NCBI RefSeq assembly: GCF_036588685.1
Contig: NC_086380.1
Location: 13,640,001-13,704,000 of the forward strand
Direction: 5' to 3'
From: Mytilus trossulus
Taxonomy: Eukaryota
DNA: 64,000 nucleotides
Part shown: piece after piece, positions 1 through 12,900 of the stretch
How the letters are laid out: each line of letters begins with the position of its first letter
Numbering within the stretch: the stretch's first letter is position 1
Translations under genes and position numbers: made by a program
The notes under the pieces: generated by a model
What the model was told of the DNA's origin: nothing
Seen by the model: the letters and a program-made list of their open reading frames with translations, nothing else
The model's database searches: none

Positions 1-2387
1 AAAACTTCGTGTAGAAAAAGAGTGTTTGTAAACAGTACATTAATTTCTGGACCGATGGCTGGCCTAGCTATGAAAATACGGACTTTCAAACAGAAAACAG
101 CCCATAAAACATGTAAAAAATAATCTTGATGCTCTTATAAACCACCTTTGAAGGCTAAATTAGCACTCATCTGTCTAAAAATGAATTTTATTTCACAATA
201 ACTTTCCTATTTGAAAAATCCACAGGGGCCATAATGCGAAACTAAACTCCTAACTGTGTATTGCTACCTAAGGGCCAGCTGAAGGACACCTCCGAGTGCG
301 TCAATTTCTCGCTGCATTGAAGACCTATTGGTGACCTTCTGCTGTTGTCTGTTCGATGGTCGGGTTGTTGTCTTTTTGACACATTCCCCATTTCCATTCT
401 CAATTTTATGTACATAAGACTGAGTTTTATAATAAAAACTAGTCATTTAGTGTAAGTTATAAAAAACATTGCATATATTATTTTTTTAATTTGAAGTTTC
501 ATATGACTTTAGTGACCTTACAAACAACGTCTTATAAAAAAAATCGCTCCAATTCATATCAATACAATTTGTTAGAGAAGTTAATCATATGCGCAAAATG
601 GGCTTCCTTGAATCACGAATTGATTTCTTATATTTAGCTATGAAGGAAAACTTTATTTTATAAGCTTAACTATGTCTATAATTTATTCCAATATTCAAAT
701 AACGGTAATCGCCATTCTGTAAAAAATAATTCTTATGGTCTTTTCATGAATAGTCTCGAGGGTGAATCCGCTACAGGTGAGAGGTTAATTCGAGTGAATA
801 AGAAAAATCGGACAGGTTTAATAAATAGATTAAAAATTCAAATTTTAAAATATTTGGATTAGAGTGGTGAAGACTCGAGTGAGGTAAGTGAAAACACTTA
901 GGAAACACCAAATTAAATATATAAAATACTTTTTTTCACTTTTCGATACATAAAGGCTGACCAAAATTAATAAATTTTAATCCTCGTTCCTGAATGTGAA
1001 TTACATACCATAATTTTTTTTAAAGTGACTTACTCTTAGTGAGCTTATTCAAAAGAAATTAGATATATATCACGGCGATCTAGCTGTTATTCAGACCTGG
1101 AACGGTAAACACTAGGCCTAGCTAGGGGCACAGTAAGAAATTTAGACAGATAGTAGAAGAATAATATAGCCTTCATAGTGGATTTATATGAACATTTAGA
1201 TTGTTTTTGTTTTTCGAAAAAGATTTGACGCTCGATCTTAAAAGTTTCAATTCAATTTTATGGAAAAACGAACAGAAATGCATATGATTTTTTGGACCTC
1301 TTTATAGATATAAGTCTATGGGTTCAGGAAAGGTATTAATTACTCTTAGACTAATTGATTGAAATTTTCCTTTAGACCAAATTTTTGAGACATTTGTGAC
1401 ATGTTCAATGGGGTGTTTAAAAATTATGAGTGTCAATTTTAAGTTTGTTTCCTAACTGTGTATTGCTACATTTGTACCTACAGACATGTGTTCGAGTGTA
1501 TATCAAAGTCAGAAAATCGCATGTCATACGGACTTTATTAAGAAAATATGCGCCATTTTCATCATATTGGGAAATTTAAAATAATCCATGAATTTGAAGG
1601 CAACTTCAATTTACAGACCCATTTTCAAGAGTCAAACCCTGCTTTGAAATAAGAACCCTTTTTGTCAGTGATGATACATAAATAGACCCTCAAATCTGCA
1701 CATATAGTCATTTTAGGCATGAATATGTTTAAATAAGTGTATTTCAGTTTGTATTCATGTACAATTACTACGTATATATACTGAGACTGCACTGTATGGG
1801 GGGAAAAGTTGTCTTTTTGGGAATATTTTTTTTTTCAAATTGGGATTCTTCTCCAGTGGGAAAGCCTTTATTCTCCACTTATTTAAGGCAAACAATTAAG
1901 GACTTTAAGTTGGGTCATTTTGTTAGCTGTGAGTGTTGTACGCCCACTGACGCTTCACCGTAATTACAGCTAGAGAAAAATGAATAAAAAACAAAGTTAT
2001 CTGTAGACGCTTTTCTTCATCAATATTATCACAATATATAACATGACCAGTAAATTTCATGTTTTTTGTACATTAATAGTCATTATGACTTTATGTCATT
2101 AAATTTTGAAATATAAACAGAGTTCTGAAAGCCGTCACTGAAAACAGGGTTCCTACCAGACCTAATAGGGCAGTTCTTCTCTTCCTCTCTGTCACATTGT
2201 GCCTTCATTTTTTGTATAATATAAGATACCTAGCTACTCCTCTGGACACATTTGTATTTGGGAAGTTTAGTTTTGTTATTTGAACTTACCAGCAATCAGA
2301 AAGTTTTCTGAATCAAAGAACTTCTTCAAGTCTTAAAATACGCCACATTGATTAAAACGTCTTCCTGATTTGTTTAGCATGTGATTT

Positions 2388-2484
2388 TTACGTCATTTTA
2401 TGACGTCATTTCATACTGACGTCACAGCACTTGACGACAGACGCCATACACGACTCTCATCAGTAGGAGGTTTGAAAAACAGGT
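2388..2484 (+). promoter_or_regulatory. Putative lysin promoter and short non-coding first exon with a CRE cluster
   Basis: TTACGTCA at 2388; perfect TGACGTCA at 2401 and 2417; Inr-like TCAGT at 2460; strong donor cag|gtatgt at 2482/2483. The first coding exon starts with an acceptor (6815), so an upstream exon is required. Confidence 0.45.
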
Positions 2485-3699
2485 ATGTTAAAATGATGTA
2501 AAATAAGATGTACTTATATGTAGGAAGATACAAAATATACTTGCATGTTGTGTTATATCTTCCAAATGATTTATACGTCATTTCAGGAACTAAATGATAT
2601 GCTTGGAATGGCCGGTAAATTCGTTTATCTAACTTTTATGTTTAAATAACAAAATGAACGGACTTACTGGACAACAAACTTACCCAGACATCATGGAGTC
2701 TGCCGATAGTATTTATCAATTTTTATTTTTATAGAACCCTTTTTTTTTACTTCAAATACATTACTTTTTGACTTTATATACTTGTACTTTGAACCAGTTG
2801 AAGTTCGGTGTTGAAATGAGACATTTTGTCATTGAAATATAAATAATAAAGTCGACTTCTTTCTTCTTTTCGACTATTAGTAGAGTTGTACATTTGGTTA
2901 AACACAAATACAAATTGTTACAATTTTAATTTTATAAGAATGCATAGCAAATTTTACAAGAATGAAGAAATGTTTTTCTTTGTGTTCAGGCTCACTTCAG
3001 CTCATTATCTTCTTGCTGCCGGAGGGACATATACATAATACAGTTGTATGTTCATTAATTTATGCAAGCTTCTCATCATTGTTTTACTTCTTTTAAAATA
3101 AAGACCGAAAATAAAAAGTGTAAAATGTTTCTATAATGTAACGGTCTTTACGACATGACGTCATATATCGAATGACGTCCTTTTTTTCGCATGTCGCGTC
3201 ACAAACGTCGAGCGGTCGTATACATCTTATCGCTATTTGTCCGCCATTACTGGATATCTCGCAGGTTCCCGTTAAAATTTTGACGTCATAAAACAAAATA
3301 TCTGACGCCATAATGGAAAAGTGATTGTTGTATGCGTCAAAAGTCCAAGCGGCCGAGTCAGACGGGATTTACAATATAATTTATGACAAAAAAACCCTGA
3401 TAAAACTTTAAACATAAACATAACATTTGTGTGTAAACAGCAGAAAAACGTCAAATTTCTTTTTCGCTCAGACAAACCCTAAAACAGTTTGGCACAGACT
3501 GTTTATCATAATACATTTACACAGACAAATATTTCTTGAAATGTTTGTTAAATTATGTATTCTAACCAATGCATTTGTGTTTAATCCATTAGATGATGAA
3601 ATTGAAAACACCTCACCAGGGTTTTGGTCAAATAAACAATAAACATCTGCATCTTTTGTTATCTATTTTATAAACATCGCTCATACATATGGTTGAATT

Positions 3700-3970
3700 T
3701 TTATCATGTACAGTAAGTGTCGTTTGTTTACGTAATATATACGTGTTTCTCGTTTTGTTTATATAGATTAGACCGTTGGTTTTCCCGTTTGAATGGTTTT
3801 ACACTAGTAATTTTGGGGCCCTTTATAGGTTGTTGTTCGGTGTGAGCCAAGGCTCCGTGTTGAAGGCCGTACTTTAACCTATAATGGTTTACTTTTTAAA
3901 TTGTTATTTCACTAAATATTTGGATGGAGAGTTGTCTCATTGGCACTCACACCACATCTTCCTATATCTA
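3700..3970 (-). mobile_element. Common dispersed Helentron-associated repeat; related copies at 17680-18025, 18150-18290, 28818-29000 and 51180-51590
   Basis: Shared terminus gatataggaagatgtggtgtgagtgccaatgagacaactctccatcca. Confidence 0.75.
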
Positions 3971-4801
3971 CTTAAAAGTCTAAAGTTTGTTTGTTTATTT
4001 GGTTTTAGTTTTGTCTTCAAGTGTTGAACACAATCCTACAATACATTTTTCTAATTTAATTTGATTGAATACTGCGCACAGAAAATAATATATGTGTTTA
4101 TCGAGTGATAAAATGAAAATGATCCACTGAAAAAATGTAACCAAATAAACAAGTGACAATTCTGCTTCTATTAGTACTAAGTTGCTTAAAATCAAACCAA
4201 CCATGACCCTAAAATATATTTTTGAAAAAAATGTGTTTTTAAATGAAATAATAGCCAAAAAAATGCAGAAGACGAATACTTTTGGTCAGGTACTTTCTGT
4301 AGATAAGATTAACTTGGTGATAATTTTTGGAGAGGGAACTCGCTTTTGTCCCACGACTGTAGTCTAACTCTTGTATGTCTTCTTTTTAATCATAGTTCAT
4401 TTTATTTATTACGAATTGCATATAGCGTGAAGCCCATTTTTAATGAACTAGTACACAAAAGTCATTTGTATTCATCTTTTAAGGGCCAACCGAAGGTCAC
4501 TACGCCTCCGGGTGCGAACGTTCGCGTTAGGTTAAAGACTTGTCAGTTGGTCTGTATTCTGCTCTTTGGTCGGGTTGTTGTTTCTCGTTTTCCATTCTCA
4601 ATGTTATACAAACAAATAAATTGAAAAATATGCAGTCATCGTGATAAATTTTCTAATCAACAGGCCTGCCCTCAATCTTTTTTTAAGATAATTTCCAGTT
4701 CATATTTATTGAACTGGCGTAGTTAAGATATATAAAATATGTTGCAGAAAATTGTGGAATCACGCACCCGTTTATAAGCTTGGTCCTATATTAGAAACTG
4801 A

Positions 4802-5106
4802 GGCCACAATAAATAATAGGTTTGTTTGCCCAAACGCTACCTACCCAGAAAAAAGCTGCCTACTTAAATTCTTTTATTGTCCTGATTTGAAGAAGTTATT
4901 TTATAATCAAATAGGCATGAAGACTAATAAACTGAAATCCGCTTCACCCAAACAGCGGAGAACCAGCTTAGAAGACTTATAAACATCTGATACTTCAATT
5001 TCTTTTTTTGAAAAAAAAAAGAAAAGAAGAAAATGCCTACCTACCTACCCACTGTCTCAATCTTTGGGTAGGGTTTGGGCAAACCAAAATATTTTTAAGT
5101 GTGGCC
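4802..5106. mobile_element. Harbinger-like MITE
   Basis: GGCCACA...TGTGGCC flanked by a tga 3-bp TSD. Confidence 0.6.
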
Positions 5107-5169
5107 TGAACAATAGCTAGCCTACAGAATAAAAGTATTTTGTTGTTGATACGGACTTTATTAGCAAGA

Positions 5170-5366
5170 ATAGGGCTCTTCACGGTTAGTTCGGCCATGT
5201 TGGATAGGGGGCAGATTTTTTAGAAAGAAATGGAAATAGTATGAAAGTATGGGAAATTCTATGTGTGTTTCCAAGCAAGTTCACTGCTCTGTTTCTATGA
5301 TGTTTCCCCGTATTTTTGCCCCCCTATCCAATATGTCCGAACTATTAACCGTGAAGAACCCTATTA
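5170..5366. mobile_element. MITE with long terminal inverted repeats
   Basis: aatagggctcttcacggtt...ggatagggggca versus tgccccctatcc...aaccgtgaagaaccctatt. Confidence 0.7.
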
Positions 5367-5565
5367 TTCAGTATCAATTTACAAAATACCATTCTGTTTT
5401 TATCGGCAATTTGATCTAACTTTTTTATTGTTTATAATGGCCATAGGAAGTAAAATCAAATAGTTTTAAATGGTTTGGTTGCATCATCAGTCATGAATAT
5501 AGTCGTGTGATAAACGATAATAATGGACGCGGATCTGAACAAGCGACGTTGCTACTCTGATACAT

Positions 5566-6583
5566 CAGGGGCGGATCCAGGATTTCCAGTTAGGTGGGGC
5601 GCAATTTTTGTTTTCGCCGAGCGGAGCGAGGCGAAAAAATTTTGAAGTTTGTTTTAGGTAAAATCATTGAAATATTCTTCTCAAGGAGTGAAATGTAGAT
5701 ATCTCGAACTAATGTGTGATAAAATTAGCGAAGAATAAAGTTTCAAGCTGAAACCACCTTAATCCACACCTGACAACAATCTACAGATAGACGTGCGGAC
5801 AGAAGGACGCAAAGTGAGACGAGACGGATCACAATTGCTCACCTGACCAATATATTTTTTAAACGAAAAGTTCTACTTTTACCAGCGATTTTTAATTGTC
5901 CTTTCATACTATCTGGTTTGGTTTTTTTTTTAATTTTCGGAGGTCGTGCCAGACTTTACTGTGTTCGCCTCAAACAACTAAAATCAGAATGAGATACATT
6001 TACGCAGTTACATTTATTTTCTTGGGATCTCAAGCATACAGTAATACGGTACAATATTCGGCTAAATATTTAGGTTGCAAGTGAGAAATAAATACAGACA
6101 CAGAGATACTAATTTTAAATAAACTAACCTGTCGCTTGAAACAGTATTTCTATCTTTCATTACGGATACTATAAAAGAATCTCACCTGCCGACTGTTTTC
6201 TTGACCGTGTCATGATGAAATTGTGAAAGTAAGTAAGGAATGTTTTGGAACTTCGATTATCAAACAAATTGATTATAAAAACCGCAAATACAATGTAACA
6301 TTTGTTTTTACTGTAACTGCTAAAAACCTATTATATTTGTCATCAAACGCAGCTCCGCGTTTGACACCTTCCTTTGAAATTATTTTAGAACTTTTATAAA
6401 GCGTAGGTCACTTGATTAGTAATCACATTGATTCGGTTAAACTGACTGTTTTATATACTTTGAATGTTAAAAAAGATTGATTCAATGTTCTCTTTTGATA
6501 CTTAAATATGTTGAAGTCAACCCATACTTTCCAAATTTATGGGGGGGCGCACGCCCGCCACGCCCCCGCCTAAATCCGCCCTG
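5566..6583. mobile_element. Non-autonomous DNA transposon, CAG termini, 5-bp TSD (hAT5-like)
   Basis: CAGGGGCGGAT...ATCCGCCCTG; TSD tacat on both sides. Confidence 0.75.
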
Positions 6584-6853
6584 TACATGATGTCATTGTC
6601 CATATATTAAAGTCATATTATAAGTTATATATGTTCACTGTGAAACACTGCGAGCGAGATCACATATCCTCCTTTTCCATAAAAGTTTACACACTTTTAT
6701 GTACCTTTGTATTCTAAGCACAATTATTATTTTGTAGATAATAACAGTGTATACTTTTACAGTCCTAAAAATATCAGCATTGGGTTATTTTTAAATTTTG
6801 TTCTCTATTTTGCAGACAATATTATCAAGACAGGAAGCAGACAGTAATTCATC

Positions 6854-6944
6854 ATGACACGTGTTGCTATGGTAACACTTCTCGTCGTCTTTTGTGCAGC
6901 ACTTATTGTGGAAGCTAAATCTTTACATAAAAATAAGAGGAACA
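6854..6944 (+). CDS. M7: Lysin coding exon 1 (signal peptide and propeptide)
   Basis: Acceptor tttgcag ends at 6815; ATG at 6854; hydrophobic signal MTRVAMVTLLVVFCAALIVEA; donor a|gtaagc, phase 1. Confidence 0.9.
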
Positions 6945-9900
6945 GTAAGCATTATATTTAAAACTTCTCTTTCTAGTAAAAAATCTATTGTACCACTTTT
7001 TTTTGTTTTTTTGAATTTTATCAATAGAATCCTGCTTTTGCTCTCTTTGCATGAAAAACGCTGATTTTGAAGCACTTCATTTCTGCATTGTAATGAATTC
7101 CAGTGGTTAAAATGGCTTTGAGAAATCAACTAAACATTTGGTCCAGTAAACGATTTTTCTAAACTGGACCAGACTCTTATTTTACATGTCACCCCAAGGG
7201 TGACTTGGGAATAGAAATATGGTCACTTGGTATGCTTCCGACCGGCAGTAAAACGCTTGCCGAAGTGGTGCGTCCGTTTGGCTGTGCGGGATGTATTAAG
7301 TTCTCAGCCACGTCCGGTCAGATTTGGGACGTTAAATCTGATGCCTCGTGTTAAGAGAGTCCCTAGCTCTTTGTACGTTTATAAGAACCCTTGCAACAAC
7401 TCTTTGAGGGGTTCATACATTTAGGTGGCCTGTTTTCAGGCAAACTGATTTCTGTCGCTATCCAATATACGCTCATTTTCCAGTATCAGTCCAAATTTCC
7501 CCGACCATCGAGATGGCCTCTATTATTTAAACACCTACCTATAGTATTTATTGTGAACTTGTTCTCGTCCTGAATATGCATGAAATATTTGCCACTGGAC
7601 GTTAAGCAACCAACAATCAATTAATCATTTATTTTACATGTCATTTTCACATATGATTTTATAGATAAAATTTAAAAATGAACATGTCATTTGGTCCAGT
7701 AATGCATATCACGTAATAAACTGGACCAAATCAATTTTTACGACCTTTGGAATGACTGGAAACCTCTTTTTTTTTTGTCCATTATCAGTCTTCACGCTGA
7801 ACCACAGGCCCAGCATCCCAGACTTGTAAATTAATACTGCTTTTTGGCCGGTAAAAATCATCTTTACAGGCCAACAGAATCTAACTAAATTTGTCCCACA
7901 ATTGAGCTCTGGGTCTGTAGATTTAAAAGTTCATTGTGAAGACTGCATTATTCTTAATCTTCAAAAATAATGGCTATTATCATGTAATTAATGGACATTT
8001 TTCTTTTCGGAGGTAGCAGTAAATCCATTATTCTTTTTATAATTTATTTTGTTTACTTTTTTATCTCTATTCTTCACTATTGTTTGGCAATTATTCTATA
8101 TTTTGTATTACACCCAATCTTATGAACTACTTTTCATGCTTCTACAAGTGTTGATAGTATGTAAATATTAAAAGGAACTGAATAAACAAGCCAATGAGTC
8201 TTGACGGGTTAGTAGGGAAGCCGGTTAGTGTCAGGGTAGAGTTTTATTTTTAAGTCGTTGTAACGACTTAGCTTAGTTGTTATAACGACTTAGTATATTC
8301 ATCTTGTTATTATAACAACTTAGCTAACTTGTTTAAACGACTTAGCTAAGTTTTCTTATAACGACTTAGCTAAGTTTTCTTATAACAACTTAGCATATTT
8401 ATCTTGTTATAACAACTTAGCTAACTTGTTTAAACGACTTTGCTAAGTTGTTATAACGACTTAGCATATTTATCTTGTTATAACAACTTAGCTAACTTGT
8501 TTTAACGACTTAGCTAACTTGTTTAAACAACTTAGCTAAGTTGTATTAACGACTTACCATATTTATCTTGTTTTAACGACTTAGCTTACTTGTTTAAACA
8601 ACTTAGCTAAGTTGTTATAACAAGATAAATATGCTAAGTCGTTATAACAACTTAGCTAAGTCGTTTAAACAAGTCAGCTAAGTCCTTATAACCGTAAACG
8701 ACTTAAAAATGAAACTTTACCCTGACACTAACCGGCTTCCGTAGATTAGTGTTTCTAGATATAAGCCTGCCATTTAAAATTTGTTATATGTGAAGTTTTA
8801 TTGTTTATTTGGTTTTAATTTTCGTTTTCATCATCTGATGAGAACACAAATGCAAATTTTTATGATTTTAATTTGGTTAGAATAATAGCAAACTTTTCAA
8901 AAAATATATTTCTTTGTGTTCATCTCGTCAGAAAATTAAAATGAGCATGATTAATATCAAAACCAAATAAAAAAAAAAAACCTCTAGACATTTCTACATC
9001 TTTTGGTATCTATATTATGAAAATCGCTCATACAGTTACTTCGTAATAATTATTGGAAAAATATCGATATTAGTTGAAATGATAGGACTTTTTTTTGACT
9101 GGGAAATCACTTTTGTATATGGTGTTTGAAAATAAAGAATGTATATAATTTATAATAAAAAAACCATGAAAAGTATAAACTAAAATGCGATTTAATGATA
9201 TCATTAACAAGTATCACCAAACCATATTAGTACTAGTCTACAGACCATAAAAATCAATAATACTCTACTTAAATGCACACAGAAAAGAGAAAGGACGACA
9301 AAAGGCCGAGGCAGATCGATTAATCAAATGGAAAATGCACATCTATCGTTTTTTTAAGGATATCCGATACAATTTCAAGGGAGTTAACTCTTGGCGAGAC
9401 GTTAAGCGTTTGAATTCCCGCCAAACGTCACTTTTTTCGGGACGTAATGCATGCAATTTTCCGTAATTAGAAACGTAATGTGGAGTTTTCGATGCTCCTA
9501 TTTCTGTTTCTCCTGCATCTAACTTCTACACCATTAATATTAGTGCATTTCATTCTAATAGGATAACAGTCTAACACACTATTGAAATTTGTTTGTGTTT
9601 TATTGTTTGCGTAATGAAAGAAAATAAAAATGTCAGGTTGTGCAATGAAAATACAATAGGACTAACAATCATTTCTGAAGTACTTTTTTTCATTCTTGTA
9701 GGTGAGAGTTTCAGACTAAAACGCGGATTACCATACGGCTGGGAGAAAAAATTTGATGCTAAAATAAATGGATTCATCTATATAAACCACGTCACTGGAG
9801 AAACGAGATCTTCACCTCCAACTCATGGTATGTTACTATAACTGTTAAATACTTTCAATGTTTCAGAAATAGCTTACATTTTGTTAACATAGGACATAAC

Positions 9901-12900
9901 GATATTGACCGATGAGTGTATAAATGTTTAAAAGTAATCACACAAGAAATCTACCAGAAACTAAGGTTCCCACTCGATCCATGTTCCTGTACGTCATATA
10001 AAAAGGTAAATTCAGACATTCGTCACAAGCGTTACAAATGCACGAAATAAATAATCTAACTGTGTTATTTGCTTATCAAAGAAGTCAACCATGGTCATAG
10101 TTAAGGATGTTTGCTGCTCTGCTTTTTAAGAAAATTCCTGTACCAAGTCAGTGATATATGACAGTTGTTTCCGTTCGTTTGATGTGTTTGCGCTTTTGAT
10201 TTTGCCATTTGATTTGATTAGACACACTCCTTTTTGAATTTTTTTTCGGGAGTTGATTATTTTTGTGATTTTACTTTTTAAACGATATCAACCATGTATT
10301 GAAAAGTCATGACATTCTAACTTTTCTAACTGATGGATGTAAAGTTTTGTTACTCATTCCCGTGGAACTTCTTATCATATCATAAGCATTGTCAATGACT
10401 ACAAATGTATATGGTTGGCAACATGAAATTTTATTGAATTTATACTAGTAAGTGTTGTATAATGATCTTAATTACAAATATTGGTGTCAAACAAATTTTT
10501 AACAATGACCATAACGATGTATTCTAAGCTTTTGAGAAGTACATTCAAACATGTATATATTTTTATTTTCTATGTTAAATGATCGTTTTGTTTTTGTTTT
10601 CAATATATATTATGTAATTGATAGGGTCAAGCGGAACTGGACCAGCTCCAGTACAAGTATCAGCAAGGGAACAAGGATGTGAGTATATTTATCACTATTT
10701 GTCTTCTTTGAAAGTAAACATTTCTTTTGCAAACACCACCGTGTATCATCAGTACACCAGGCCTTAAAGGCATAAAACTTTGCTCAGTGCTCGGAGCACA
10801 AAACATGAACGAAACATGAAATCCAGCAGTTTGATTGGTTGATTCTCGAGTCTGAGTACAAAAATCATGCTCGAAAGATTTATGACCGTGAGGCCTGATA
10901 TAGGTACTAACCAAGCGGGCATGATCGATTTTGACCACTAGTTGTGTTGGGGTTTACTCCATACATTATTGTATCTTGCTTACCGTGATTGTGTTTCGTT
11001 ATGTAATTCGAAATATATGCAAATTTAATTATTAAGCTGAACTCCGTAGAAATCCCGATATTTTATTAAACTATCTTTTTAACTGTATCTTCAGTTCTTT
11101 TTTATGAATCAAAATTAATATATAAAATTTTATTTTCGTACTCCTGTCGTTGCATTAAACATTAGGACTTCGAACATTTGATGTACTACCCAGTTTGAAT
11201 GAATGCTGTCAATAATGATTAATACATAAAAATTACAGTGAGTTGACATAGATTTCTTTGTTAAGTTCCCTCCACGTGCAGACTCGATAATAACTGCTTC
11301 ATAACGTAATATATAATAAGCTTAGGGAAGACGGCAATTATAGATTTCTGGTGCTTCCTAACAAATGTTCACCTATTTTGAAAGAATGCAATCAGTATTA
11401 TTTTAGAAAATATAAGAGATAAATCATAAAGGTATTATTTTTTCGATTTTCATATATAATTAAAGGGCCCAAGTTATATGTTAAAGTAAACCAAAATATA
11501 TGATACAGTCCATTTACTGTCCCTTCAACTTAATTTCATAGAAGGGGGCAAATCTGCCAGTTTCCAATGTATAATGTTCTACTTTTTTTTATTTCAGCAT
11601 GCAAACCAGGCTGGAGATATGCGTTTAATTTCTGTTACTACATATCTGCGTTTGCTGATATACAATCCCACAGTGGGGCACAGGTAAGACTAATTGTGAT
11701 TTTTATATGCTAAAAGTTAATCAGATCTATATGGTGGCCGGATGCGTCCATTTTGCGTTTTCGTGTTTTCTTCCTTCACTTTGCAAACGCGAAATCGAGA
11801 AATTGAGAAATCGGGAAATCGAGAAATTATAGGGAAATCGGAAAATCGAGAAAGCAAAAACGCGAAATGAATTTCTCGATTCCGCATTCTTGCTTTCTCG
11901 ATTTCGCGTAAAAGTGAGAGGAGAAAAGGCGAAATGGCTGCATCCGGCCACCTTAGATCTATGCATTAAAATTCTTACCAAAAATAACATCAGATTCAGA
12001 AGATGTATTGAATCTCTCTCAAAAAAAGTCATTTACCCGTTTGACTGTCGGCGTCACTCTGTACCTACTATGATTTAAGAACAGATTTTTAACAGTTGTT
12101 ACCGATGACAAAATGGAGTTCAAGTTCCATATTGAAAATTGTCACTTTTACCGTTCAGTAGTTATGGTCCTTGTGATATTAGAAAAATGACTAAAATAAA
12201 TGTAGAAAAAATCTGGTTATTAAACTGTCATTCTGACAGCCTCTAGTTATATTGTTATCATCTTTCCATTGCAGGCAGCATGCAAACAACAAGGCGGAGA
12301 GTTGTTTTGGTCACAGTTTGTTTTCGAAAGTTTTTTCCTAAAGAAAACTCTTCAAACAGTAAAGGTACGTTTATCAACCATCTGTTTCAGATTAAAAGAG
12401 ATAAAACATGTGAACTTTTAGGATGATTTTGATAAAATTTTTAGGCAAGCAACACCAATAAAACCCTGGTGTTCCTTAAACTATCGTCGTTGGAGTTGGA
12501 GCTGTGACTTCACAGATGAACATGTTCTCGATATCTTAATGAATTCATAGAAAGTATGAAAAAAAGTTAATTGTGGAACTGATTTTTTTTCACGATTATA
12601 GCCCAAAAATAAGTAAAAATAGATGAAAAATGGGAAAATCATCAAAATTGGGCATTTTCAAAGGGCCGTAGCAAAAAAAGAAGTGCACCACCATATGATT
12701 GTCTTATACATGTAAACCCAAAAATCAGGTTTAATTCTAGAAATTGTTGGCTTCTCAGAGGTGTATATCCTTGATATAAAGAAGCGTCATTAAAAAATGT
12801 TAGAATGTTGTTCTACTGCAGTGCCAAAATCCTAATGATTTTTTTTTATGCCCCATCTACGATAGTAGAGGGGCATTGTGTTTTCTGGTCTGTGCATCTG

